Shown in pieces: positions 55,315 through 63,656 of a stretch of DNA of 64,000 nucleotides. The notes under the pieces were generated by a model. It searched no databases. It was not told the origin of the DNA and was given only the letters and a program-made list of their open reading frames with translations. The position numbers and the translations under genes were made by a program. Source of the DNA: Patescibacteria group bacterium (GTDB taxonomy: Bacteria > Patescibacteriota > Patescibacteriia > Patescibacteriales > UBA12465). The DNA lies in the NCBI GenBank assembly GCA_050949505.1, contig JBMNFV010000001.1:30284-94283 (forward strand). Reading direction: 5' to 3'. Within the stretch, counting starts at the first letter, position 1; every line of letters starts with the position of its first letter.

Positions 55315-55599
55315 AATTATTATAAACTATAGGTCCTAAAGATTATTTAAATGCTTATTAAATAATCAATAAAGCCCTTGATTAAATAAAATCCCCCAGT
55401 ATTCCTATGGCCTTGAGGGTTTGAGAATACCTTTAATTATACATCTAAGTAGTATAATTACTTCAAGCTAATTGCTTAAAGTGTGGGAAAGATAATGGTT
55501 TATTAATTTGTGATTCTAGTATAGACTATAGTTAGAAAAAGATCAAGGGTAAATTGTTTTCTCTTTCTAACCTCACCTCCTTAAACCTAAAGTTATTTT

Positions 55600-56778
55600 A
55601 TGAAATATTTTTTTGTTCTCGGCAACAACCCCACCTTATCAGCAGCTGAACTAACAGCTGTCCTTAATTTCTCTCAGGCCAAACTCTTGGCCCCTAATTT
55701 TCTAGTGGGAGAAACTAGCCATGAGCCTCATTTGCAATCTTTAATTAAAAGACTGGGAGGCACTATTAAATTAGGGGAGTTAATCGCCGAAGTCCCCTTT
55801 AGCTCCAATTTTGCTGATTTTCTGCCTTCATTAGAAAAAATTATCCTTCAGCACTCTAATAACTTAGGGGCCGGGAAAATAAACTTTGGTTTTTCTGTTT
55901 ACGGTGACCAACAAATCAACACTAAAGCTCTAGGCTTAACGATAAAAAAGAAGCTGCAAGCTCAGGGAATTAGTTCTCGCTTAGTCACTAGTCAAGAAAA
56001 AACCCTGTCTAGCGTAGTAGTTGAGCAAAATAAGCTCCTTAAGCGTGGCTTAGAAATTGTTTTAATTAGAGAAGGGGGAAAAATTATCATTGGCAAAACT
56101 TTAGCTGTTCAAGACTTTAAAGGCCTATCCCGTCGCGACTATGGTCGCCCCGCCCGAGATGACCACTCGGGAATGCTTCCTCCTAAACTAGCTCAAATTA
56201 TGCTTAATTTAGCTGAGCTAACTGACCCTCAAGAAATAATTGTTGATCCTTTTTGTGGTTCAGGCACTATTTTAAGTGAGGCCTTGCTAATGGGTTATCA
56301 GCGATTATTCGGTTCTGATCTCATTCCTCAAGCAGTTAGCAATACCCGAGAAAATATTGCCTGGCTAAAAAAGAACTATCCATTAGATAATTCCCAAGTT
56401 AAAATTATTACTAAAAATGTTATTAATTTAGCTAAATTTATTAAACCTCTCTCTGCTAGCGCCATTGTTACCGAGCCTTACCTTGGCCCCCAGCGAGGTT
56501 TAATTAATTTTAATCAAGTTAAAGGGAACTTAGAGTCTCTCTATAGCGAAGCTTTGGCTCAATTTAGACTAGTTCTTAAGCCCGGTGGACGAGTGGTAAT
56601 GATTTGGCCCTCTTTTTACGGCGAACGCCCCATCACCCCTGATTATTCTGGCTTTAAAATGCTAAATCCCTATCCCTCCTTTATGTCTAGTCCCTTAAAC
56701 AAAAATCGACCTAGTATTATCTATGGTCGACCTGGACAAAAAGTCTTCAGAGAAATTGTTGTCTTGGAAAAGGAGTAG
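55600..56778 (+). CDS. putative RNA (N2-guanine/N6-adenine-type) methyltransferase, UPF0020/Trm11-like
   Basis: MLPPKLAQIMLNLA.. then motif I DPFCGSGTILSEALLMG, with TEPYLG as the catalytic-type motif IV. Confidence 0.65.
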   Translation: MKYFFVLGNNPTLSAAELTAVLNFSQAKLLAPNFLVGETSHEPHLQSLIKRLGGTIKLGELIAEVPFSSNFADFLPSLEKIILQHSNNLGAGKINFGFSVYGDQQINTKALGLTIKKKLQAQGISSRLVTSQEKTLSSVVVEQNKLLKRGLEIVLIREGGKIIIGKTLAVQDFKGLSRRDYGRPARDDHSGMLPPKLAQIMLNLAELTDPQEIIVDPFCGSGTILSEALLMGYQRLFGSDLIPQAVSNTRENIAWLKKNYPLDNSQVKIITKNVINLAKFIKPLSASAIVTEPYLGPQRGLINFNQVKGNLESLYSEALAQFRLVLKPGGRVVMIWPSFYGERPITPDYSGFKMLNPYPSFMSSPLNKNRPSIIYGRPGQKVFREIVVLEKE

Positions 56779-56790
56779 CCAATCCTTGCT

Positions 56791-57858
56791 CTAGCGGTTA
56801 ATCAAAAAGTGACAAACATCACCGTCTTGAACTATATACTCCTTCCCCTCTGTTCTAATTAGCCCTTGCTCCTTGGCCTTTATTTCACTACCAGACTCTA
56901 CCAGGCTCTGCCAATTAATGACCTCAGCTCGCACAAAGCCTTTGATAAAGTCCGTATGAATTTCTCCCGCGGCTAATGGGGCCTTAGTGCCTCGCTTAAC
57001 CGTCCAAGCTCTGGCCTCTTCTGGTCCTACGGTAAAAAAAGTTTCCAGACCTAATAGCTCATAGGAACTACGAATTAATTTATCTAAGCCACTTTCTTCT
57101 AGGCCTAATTCTCTAACATATTCTGCCTGCTCTTCTGCTGGTAGACTAATTATCTCCTCTTCCAACTTAACATTAATTTTAATAACCAGCTCATCAACAA
57201 TCTCTAAAAGATCTTCCTTAGCAGAAACATCATCAACGTTTAAAAGATATAAGATGGGCTTTATCGTTAATAAATTTAAGGTTTTAACAAAAATAAGCTC
57301 CTCCTCTGTAAAACTTAAGCCACGCACTGGCTGTCCAGCCGCTAAGTGTTTAAAAATTTTAGTTAAAATTTCCACCTGAGCTTTAAGCTCCTTGTCTCCA
57401 CTTTTAGCTTCTCGTTGCAATTTATCTAAGCGTCTCTCCACGCCTGCTAAGTCCGCTAAAATTAATTCCGTATTAATGGTTTCTCGATCACTGTTGGGGT
57501 CTATTTTTCCGCTAACATGAGTAATATTTTCATCCTTAAAACTCCTTACCACCTCACAAATAGCATCACACTCTCTAATGTGCGCTAGAAATTGATTACC
57601 CAGTCCCTCACCTTGGCTAGCTCCCGCTACCAGTCCAGCTATATCAACAAACTCCACGGTAGTTGGAATGATTTTTTTTGACTGAGCAATGGTTGCTAAC
57701 TTTTCTAATCTAAAATCCGGAACCTTAACCACTCCAACATTAGGGTCTATAGTGCAAAAAGGATAATTAGCAGCCTCTACTTTCTTTTTAGTTAATACAT
57801 TGAACAAGGAGGACTTACCGACATTAGGTAGGCCCACAATACCAATTGATAATGCCAT
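56791..57858 (-). CDS. ychF: redox-regulated ATPase YchF (Obg-like)
   Basis: IGIVGLPNVGKSSLFNVLTKKKVEAANYPFCTIDPNVG; C-terminal TGS/YchF domain (HTDFIKGFVRAEV). Confidence 0.92.
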   Translation of the reverse strand: MALSIGIVGLPNVGKSSLFNVLTKKKVEAANYPFCTIDPNVGVVKVPDFRLEKLATIAQSKKIIPTTVEFVDIAGLVAGASQGEGLGNQFLAHIRECDAICEVVRSFKDENITHVSGKIDPNSDRETINTELILADLAGVERRLDKLQREAKSGDKELKAQVEILTKIFKHLAAGQPVRGLSFTEEELIFVKTLNLLTIKPILYLLNVDDVSAKEDLLEIVDELVIKINVKLEEEIISLPAEEQAEYVRELGLEESGLDKLIRSSYELLGLETFFTVGPEEARAWTVKRGTKAPLAAGEIHTDFIKGFVRAEVINWQSLVESGSEIKAKEQGLIRTEGKEYIVQDGDVCHFLINR

Positions 57859-57951
57859 AAAAATAAAAATAATACTTCTCTAGTCTGCTTGATAATCACT
57901 CCCCTGTCAACCCCCAGAACCTACATTCTGTCCCTAATCTTAATTTTTAAT

Positions 57952-58293
57952 AAAAAAAGAGACCCATTGTGTCTCGTTCTAGTAAAATTATTTATAACTA
58001 CAAGGAAACCCAAGGAGTCTCACCCCTAACAAGCTATTTTTATTTAAGAAGATTTTTTCTCCTTAATACCTTGTTAAGAGATATTATCTTTTGCTGACTT
58101 AAAGATTTGTTTTGAATTTGTCTTCAGTTTTTTGTTTATTACTTTGCTAATTAGCCTAGATCGTTTGAGTTATGATATTTTTTCTCAAATATTGATCTAA
58201 TTTGCTTAATTAATTTAACTGAATGACTTTTTATGACATGTCAGCGCTGTCATTGGCCTCAAGGGCTGTTAAAGAACTAATTAAATTATAGCA
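57952..58293 (-). ncRNA. candidate ~320-nt non-coding transcript (promoter-to-terminator prediction only)
   Basis: Minus-strand TGCTATAAT at 58285..58293, and a minus-strand hairpin GAGAC-acaatgg-GTCTC followed by U7 at 57952..57975. There is no ORF longer than 12 codons between them. No match to tmRNA, RNase P or SRP hallmarks was seen. Confidence 0.25.
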
Positions 58294-58441
58294 CTTATCC
58301 CCCAAAGGGGCAACTAGCCTGGACTTAAGTTTGGCTATTAGTCAACTATTGTCATTTTTGCTTAATATTAGCCTTATTATACTAGTCAATAAAAATTATC
58401 ACCAACTTAAGTCTAGACTAGCCTAGACTTAAGATTAGGTT

Positions 58442-58470
58442 TTATACACAAAAAACACAGGTTATCCACA
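58442..58470 (+). promoter_or_regulatory. two co-oriented DnaA-box consensus sites (TTATACACA, TTATCCACA) 20 bp apart
   Basis: TTATACACA at 58442..58450 and TTATCCACA at 58462..58470. Both fit TTATNCACA and the second is the perfect E. coli-type box. Confidence 0.5.
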
Positions 58471-58686
58471 GCCACTAACACTCCCCTTTGGAGCTTTATC
58501 CTCCTCCCAAAGTATTGTGTGATAATAAGCTCTCATTCAAGCCAGGAAAGATAATTAACAGTTAATTAATTCTAACCTAGTTTCCTTAAATTAATTTTTA
58601 TTAATTATTAATAATCTATGGTAACTTTTTAAATGTCTCAACCGAGAGGAGTAAAGTAATATTATTTATATCTCAAGGCAAGACTA

Positions 58687-58715
58687 TTGACTTTATTCTA
58701 ATAATATGATATAAT
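58687..58715 (+). promoter_or_regulatory. consensus sigma70 promoter TTGACT-N17(TGa)-TATAAT
   Basis: TTGACT at 58687..58692, a 17-nt spacer with TG at -15/-14, TATAAT at 58710..58715. This leaves a leader of about 110 nt before the ATG at 58831. Confidence 0.7.
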
Positions 58716-58830
58716 AACTTGTTGATTAATTTGGACTAAAGGCTTTAAATTAATTAATAAACTTGCTAAACTATAATTAGATCCATTAATTAATTAATAA
58801 AAGACTATTTAGTCAAACTAATATAATTAT

Positions 58831-59184
58831 ATGTTTAACTTCGCTAAATTATTTAAAAAGTCAGCTGCCGATCCGTTTTTAGATAAATCACAAGAATTTG
58901 TTTCTCAATTTTTCTCTGGCCTAGAAACCAGCAACCTAGACAAAAAAGAACTAAAGGAGATGCGTGACCGAGTTGAAGAGGGTTTAACGGAAAGAGTCTT
59001 AGGATTTATTTTAAACAATCTATCTGGTGAGCAATTAGACAACTTTGAAGATTTAGTTACCAAGCAAAAACCCAATCAAAAAGACCTTCAGGATTTTATA
59101 ACTACTAATATTGATAACTTTTTCCCAAAACTAGAGGCCGACTTGCTTCGTTATCAAGAGGAAATTATTCATGGATTAAAATAA
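58831..59184 (+). CDS. hypothetical protein (117 aa, helical, acidic)
   Basis: Intact ORF downstream of a strong promoter. No known motif. Confidence 0.55.
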   Translation: MFNFAKLFKKSAADPFLDKSQEFVSQFFSGLETSNLDKKELKEMRDRVEEGLTERVLGFILNNLSGEQLDNFEDLVTKQKPNQKDLQDFITTNIDNFFPKLEADLLRYQEEIIHGLK

Positions 59185-59206
59185 TTAACTATTACTATTA
59201 ATCAAT

Positions 59207-61405
59207 ATGTATATGAAATTAGAAAAACATTTACCGGGGAGCTCTGCCGAAAGCGAGAAAAAGATTAGATTACAAGAATCCGCCTTAATTGACAGAGCTT
59301 CTAACTTGGTTTTAGCTCGCCCCGAAGAAATTCAAGCAAGAATTGACGAACTAGAGAAAGAACTTGTTAAAGGTGAGGGTGAAATAAAGATAACCGCCCC
59401 TATCTCGGGCTTAACTGATAAACTACTGGACAAGGCTGAGGAACAGGAAGACTTAAAAAAGTATCTAACTTCTGTTAATCATCAAATTGATACTAATTTT
59501 TCTAAAAGAGGGCCGGATAACTTTGAATTAATTCTCGGTCAGGAAGACAAGATAATGGAAGTAATGAATCAAGAGTCTGTTTCTGATCTAAGCTTGGTAA
59601 GAAAAGTTAGAAATATCATTCACGCTAAAAATGTCGCTGAGGGGAGAAACTATTTTGATGATGAGACAGAAATAAGGAATACTATCCTTAGTCTAGCTAA
59701 GTCTGCTGACAAAAAAGCCAAAGAAGAAGATGCCAGGGAGGCAACACCAGCTCAAACTAATACTTGGGTAAGCACCTCTACTGCCAATGTTTCAGAAAAA
59801 ACAAATCGCGCCATTAATGAAAAGAATTCTAATAACAAAGAGCAGATAGATAGTGATAACATTGAAAACGATGCTACTACCGAAGAAGAGCCAATTGAAA
59901 TCAAGAAAGATGTAGTAGTTGATAGTGCTGAAGAGGCGGTAGAAGCTGTAACCGAAGATGCTAAGACTGAAGATATTCCTGAGACTATTGAAGACGGCCC
60001 CGCTACTACCGAAGAAGGACCAATTGAAACCCAGGAAAATGTGGTAGAAGAGACTGAAGATGCTATTGAAGATATTGAAACTACCGAGGATGTCTCTAAG
60101 CCCGAAAAAGTTAAGAAAACAAAAGAGACAATGGAAGTTGATGGCAATGTCATTACCTGGACCTTTGAAGATGAGGACGATGAAGAGGCGGCGATAGTTA
60201 AAACTCGGGAAGACTTAGTCTCTGTGATAAAAAAAGAAGAGGAAGAGTCAAGTGAAAAAAAGCGTCTTTCTCTAATGCAGTGGTTTAGAAAGCATAAAAA
60301 GGTTTCCAATGTCATTATGGCAGTAGTATTCACTGGAATTGGTTTTGGTATAGGAGCGGCTGTATTTAATCGAGATAAATCCGAAAAGGCGATTGATGAA
60401 CAGATTAATAAAGATGGCGTTGAGCAAGTTTCTGAAGATGACAGTCATGACCTAAACGATGGTGAGACTATAATTACCACTCCAGATGACTATGATCAAG
60501 ACAATATTATTAATGATAATCAGATTGATAATCTCAAAGATGGTCTAGCTAGTGGTCATGATATTCCTGATAATATCTTAGAAAAAATAAATGATGATGT
60601 TGCTGAAACCATTCTTGAAGAGGTTGGCTATATTAATAAAGCGGTTGTTCTAGGCCCAGAAAAAGGCCCTGCTGATAATCGTTGGGACGCAGTTGGCAAA
60701 ATTATGGACTATCAAATGAATGACTTTCATGAAGTTAATTTTATTGATGGAGAAACTGGCGCTATCTATAAAAACATCCCCGCCGGCAGTGCTGAGGTCC
60801 ATTTTGATGACTTAGTCTTAGAGGGAGAAAATGGTGAATACTATGTAGTCTGCTTCCAAGGCTTTCAAGAAAAAGCTCTTGCTGATGCTGGCGATCAATT
60901 AACTGTTGAAGAGCCTAGTGTTGAAAGCGAGGATGTTGCTCCTGCTGATGGGGCTGGTGACCAGGCTGTTGAGTCTTTAGAAACTACTGTAGACACAGAG
61001 ACAGACAAAGTAACTATTCATGGCCACGAGAAAACAGTAACCGTTGATGAAGATGGCTCCACTAGAACCGTAGAAACAACTTCAGCGACTATTGAAAACT
61101 CTGTTAATTTACATAATCTTTCTAGCAGTACCTTTAATAAACTAATTGATACCGTCAATAAAATTAAGGCTGAACTAAAAGGGGGCGAAACAGTTGATAT
61201 GTTGAAATACCGAACTGACTTTGTTAATGATTTTGTTAAAGATTGTGAAGATTTGGGTCTAGAGGTATCTGATAGTCAAAAAGCAAGAATTAGCAGTCAC
61301 TTTGACTCTGTAAATAACAATACTGACACTGGTAATCAAAATATTAACAAGCGCGGCATTCAATCTTTGGTGAATCAAATTGCTATAGAAAACAAAGCCA
61401 ATTAA
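59207..61405 (+). CDS. hypothetical hyper-acidic single-pass membrane protein (732 aa) with 43-aa tandem repeat
   Basis: D/E-rich throughout. A central TM (VSNVIMAVVFTGIGFGIGAAVF) follows a basic stretch (MQWFRKHKK). The unit ATTEE(E/G)PIE... repeats at nt 59873 and 60002. Confidence 0.65.
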   Translation: MYMKLEKHLPGSSAESEKKIRLQESALIDRASNLVLARPEEIQARIDELEKELVKGEGEIKITAPISGLTDKLLDKAEEQEDLKKYLTSVNHQIDTNFSKRGPDNFELILGQEDKIMEVMNQESVSDLSLVRKVRNIIHAKNVAEGRNYFDDETEIRNTILSLAKSADKKAKEEDAREATPAQTNTWVSTSTANVSEKTNRAINEKNSNNKEQIDSDNIENDATTEEEPIEIKKDVVVDSAEEAVEAVTEDAKTEDIPETIEDGPATTEEGPIETQENVVEETEDAIEDIETTEDVSKPEKVKKTKETMEVDGNVITWTFEDEDDEEAAIVKTREDLVSVIKKEEEESSEKKRLSLMQWFRKHKKVSNVIMAVVFTGIGFGIGAAVFNRDKSEKAIDEQINKDGVEQVSEDDSHDLNDGETIITTPDDYDQDNIINDNQIDNLKDGLASGHDIPDNILEKINDDVAETILEEVGYINKAVVLGPEKGPADNRWDAVGKIMDYQMNDFHEVNFIDGETGAIYKNIPAGSAEVHFDDLVLEGENGEYYVVCFQGFQEKALADAGDQLTVEEPSVESEDVAPADGAGDQAVESLETTVDTETDKVTIHGHEKTVTVDEDGSTRTVETTSATIENSVNLHNLSSSTFNKLIDTVNKIKAELKGGETVDMLKYRTDFVNDFVKDCEDLGLEVSDSQKARISSHFDSVNNNTDTGNQNINKRGIQSLVNQIAIENKAN

Positions 61406-61429
61406 TCACAGAGCTTTCTCTCTGATAAT

Positions 61430-61462
61430 AAAACCACCTTAATTAAAAGGTGGTTTTATTTT
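61430..61462 (+). terminator. rho-independent terminator
   Basis: AAAACCACCTTaattaaAAGGTGGTTTTatttt. Confidence 0.8.
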
Positions 61463-61480
61463 AGCTAAACTTAAACTCTG

Positions 61481-61554
61481 AGGCTTGAGTGGGATTCGAA
61501 CCCACGAATGACGGTTTTGCAAACCGCAGCGTTAAACCACTTCGCCATCAAGCC
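61481..61554 (-). tRNA. tRNA-Cys (GCA), CCA not encoded
   Basis: The reverse complement reads GGCTTGATGGCGAAGTGGTTTAACGCTGCGGTTTGCAAAACCGTCATTCGTGGGTTCGAATCCCACTCAAGCCT. Anticodon loop TT-GCA-AA; discriminator U. Confidence 0.9.
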
Positions 61555-61607
61555 AATTATTAATTCAACTAAATGTTAACTTATTTAACAATAATTGTAA
61601 ACCGCGG

Positions 61608-62657
61608 TTATTTAAGCGGTAAATTAGCCTCAACTCGTAATTGTTTAAAATTGCGAATAAATTTTGGCGCTGTTTTGAAGGTGGCGGCGGCAGCTATCAT
61701 AGCCGCATTGTCAGTAGTGTATGCCCGTTCTGGAACTAAATAACTCACTCCTCCTAATTTAGCCACTGCCTGTGCCAACCTAATTCTTAACTCTTCATTA
61801 GCGCTAACTCCTCCTGCCAGCATAACTGTTTTAGCCTTATACTGCTTAGCAGCCTTGATTGTCTTAGTGACTAAAATATCAATAATTGCCTCTTGGTAAT
61901 AATAGCAATACTCTGGTATTCTTTTTTTCCATTTTTTATCTTGCTGCAATCGATATAATAGTGCTGTCTTTAATCCAGAAAAAGAGAAGTTTAAATCCTT
62001 TGAGCCTATCATCGGTCGGGGTAATTTAATATCACTATCTTGAACCTGTCCTGACTTAAAGCTTTCCTGATACTCTTTAGCTAACTTGGAAATAATTGGC
62101 CCACCGGGGTAAGTTAAGCCTAGCATCTTAGCCCCCTTATCGTAAGCCTCTCCGGCCGCATCATCTAGCGTTTCTCCTACTACCTTTAACTTATTCCCCT
62201 TGGCTAATCTAACTAAGTTAGTGTGCCCCCCTGAAACTGTTAAAATTATCGCGGGATATTCTATTTTAAAGTTAGGGTTAATAAAATTAGAAAAAATATG
62301 CCCCTCTATATGATTAACCTCTATTACTGGCTTACGCCAAACATAAGAAAGGACCCGAACTGTTTCTAGGCCACTAATTAGCGAGGTGATTAGTCCTGGA
62401 CCTTTAGTGACTGCTAAATAGTCTAACTTAGCTGGCTTAATATTAGCCTCCTGAAGAGCCTGATCAATGACGGGCAAGATGTTAATCACATGTTCTCGGG
62501 CGGCTACTTCGGGCACTACTCCTCCATATTGCTGATGAATATCTATCTGCGAAGAGATAATATTAGCTAAAACCGAAACCTTTCCTGATCGACCACAGCG
62601 CTTAACTACTGAAGCGGCGGTCTCATCACAACTTGTTTCTATTCCTAGTATATACAT
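61608..62657 (-). CDS. tsaD: tRNA N6-adenosine threonylcarbamoyltransferase TsaD
   Basis: MYILGIETSCDETAASVV..; HIEGH metal motif; GGVSAN. Confidence 0.93.
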   Translation of the reverse strand: MYILGIETSCDETAASVVKRCGRSGKVSVLANIISSQIDIHQQYGGVVPEVAAREHVINILPVIDQALQEANIKPAKLDYLAVTKGPGLITSLISGLETVRVLSYVWRKPVIEVNHIEGHIFSNFINPNFKIEYPAIILTVSGGHTNLVRLAKGNKLKVVGETLDDAAGEAYDKGAKMLGLTYPGGPIISKLAKEYQESFKSGQVQDSDIKLPRPMIGSKDLNFSFSGLKTALLYRLQQDKKWKKRIPEYCYYYQEAIIDILVTKTIKAAKQYKAKTVMLAGGVSANEELRIRLAQAVAKLGGVSYLVPERAYTTDNAAMIAAAATFKTAPKFIRNFKQLRVEANLPLK

Positions 62658-62772
62658 ATATAACTATTGTAAGAGTTTTCTTAGAAATGTCTAGTTTAAG
62701 CACTATCTTTTGCTTATTGCTTTAATCTACTAAGTAATCTATAGTATTTTTAGAGCATCTAAGCGTATAATT

Positions 62773-63414
62773 ATGAGAAAAAAAATTATTATCTGGCTTC
62801 TAATCATTGACCTGCTCCTTGTTGGCTTGCACTTACTTTGGGGAGATCAAATTTATATTTTTAATCTAGACTACGAGCTGACTATTCCTGCTTATTATAG
62901 TGGACTAAAACTAGTCACTATTGGGGGATTAATGTTCTTAATTTTCAAGCTAGCCAGCAAGCGACGAGACAAGATTCTTTATTTTTTCTTGAGCGCTTTC
63001 TTTACCATTCTCGCCTTTGACGAAATCTCTGAGCTCCATGAAAACTTAGGGGAATATTTTCTTTCCTTGTTTAGTAATTTTAATATCTTTGCCCAGGCTA
63101 GCTTTATGTGGGTAATTTATCTTAGCCCCATTATCATTGGTGTTATTGCCCTGCTTAGCTACTACATCTATTCGCTAAGAAAAAATCGTGCCTTTAGCTT
63201 TGCTTTAGTGGGACTGATCGCCTTTATCTTAGTAATCGTCCTAGAATTTATTGGAGGAAAAATTATTCACCTTTATCCCCAGCTTTATTATTGGGAGATA
63301 GTCTTGGAAGAGTTGCTAGAAATGTTTGGCGCTAGCTTTTTCTTGTTAGCCACTCTAAATGTCTTTAAGGAAAAATTCGGCCTTAAGTATCGTCCGATTG
63401 AAGAGACTAAATAG
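62773..63414 (+). CDS. hypothetical integral membrane protein (213 aa)
   Basis: Five or six TM helices; no recognisable motif. Confidence 0.5.
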   Translation: MRKKIIIWLLIIDLLLVGLHLLWGDQIYIFNLDYELTIPAYYSGLKLVTIGGLMFLIFKLASKRRDKILYFFLSAFFTILAFDEISELHENLGEYFLSLFSNFNIFAQASFMWVIYLSPIIIGVIALLSYYIYSLRKNRAFSFALVGLIAFILVIVLEFIGGKIIHLYPQLYYWEIVLEELLEMFGASFFLLATLNVFKEKFGLKYRPIEETK

Positions 63415-63446
63415 TGGTCAATATTTGTTTTTAATTTATCTAGAAA

Positions 63447-63476
63447 AAGAACTAGCTTTGGCTAGTTCTTTTCTTG
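63447..63476 (+). terminator. rho-independent terminator
   Basis: AAGAACTAGCtttgGCTAGTTCTTttcttg. Confidence 0.7.
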
Positions 63477-63548
63477 TAGTCCCTAGGAGAATCGAACTCC
63501 TGCTGCCAGGATGAAAGCCTGGTGTCCTAACCACTAGACGAAGGGACC
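63477..63548 (-). tRNA. tRNA-Glu (TTC), CCA not encoded
   Basis: The reverse complement reads GGTCCCTTCGTCTAGTGGTTAGGACACCAGGCTTTCATCCTGGCAGCAGGAGTTCGATTCTCCTAGGGACTA. Anticodon loop CT-TTC-AT. Confidence 0.88.
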
Positions 63549-63656
63549 TTAAATTATTTATTTTCACTAACTATTCTAACGAGGATTTCTATTTCTGTCA
63601 ATATTGGTTAATTTATGATATACTAAGGGAGTTTTAATAGGCTTTGTCCTTAACTT

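Noticed and set aside
58516-58525. TGTGTGATAA, considered as a third (reverse-oriented) DnaA box.
   Set aside because: It cannot be aligned to TGTGNATAA without an indel, and every 9-mer register has three or more mismatches. TTATCACCA (58396) and TTATCCCCC (58295) have two mismatches each and were likewise not counted.
57859-58830. A known structured RNA (tmRNA, RNase P RNA, SRP RNA) in the long intergenic region.
   Set aside because: There is no tRNA-like T-arm (GGTTCGA / TCGAACC) outside the annotated tRNAs. There is no GAGGAAAGTCC-type RNase P P4 motif, and no SRP domain-IV-like GGAA/AGCA symmetric-loop context on either strand.
12737-60333. Other embedded or antisense track ORFs: 12737..12991, 16780..17130, 23660..23908, 24179..24613, 31703..32092, 33068..33340, 39010..39201, 40366..40659, 44833..45030, 45371..45580, 46945..47256, 49988..50239, 51151..51399 and 59752..60333.
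   Set aside because: Each lies opposite or out of frame to a gene with clear family motifs (rpsU, ruvB, gyrA, pilin paralog 6, smc, rpsD, nrdJ and others), or overlaps tRNA-Ser (51151..51399). Their compositions are low-complexity mirror images of the sense strand.
57859-61480. A genomic island integrated at the 3' end of tRNA-Cys (AT-rich DNA plus two orphan genes next to the tRNA).
   Set aside because: There is no integrase, recombinase or phage gene. I found no direct repeat of the tRNA-Cys 3' end in 57859..58830; the best match is only a 6/7 fragment at about 58163.
62766-62771. TATAAT hexamer immediately upstream of 62773..63414, considered as its promoter.
   Set aside because: Only 1 nt separates it from the ATG, so transcription would start inside the ORF. 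The real promoter must be elsewhere, or the true start is a downstream Met.
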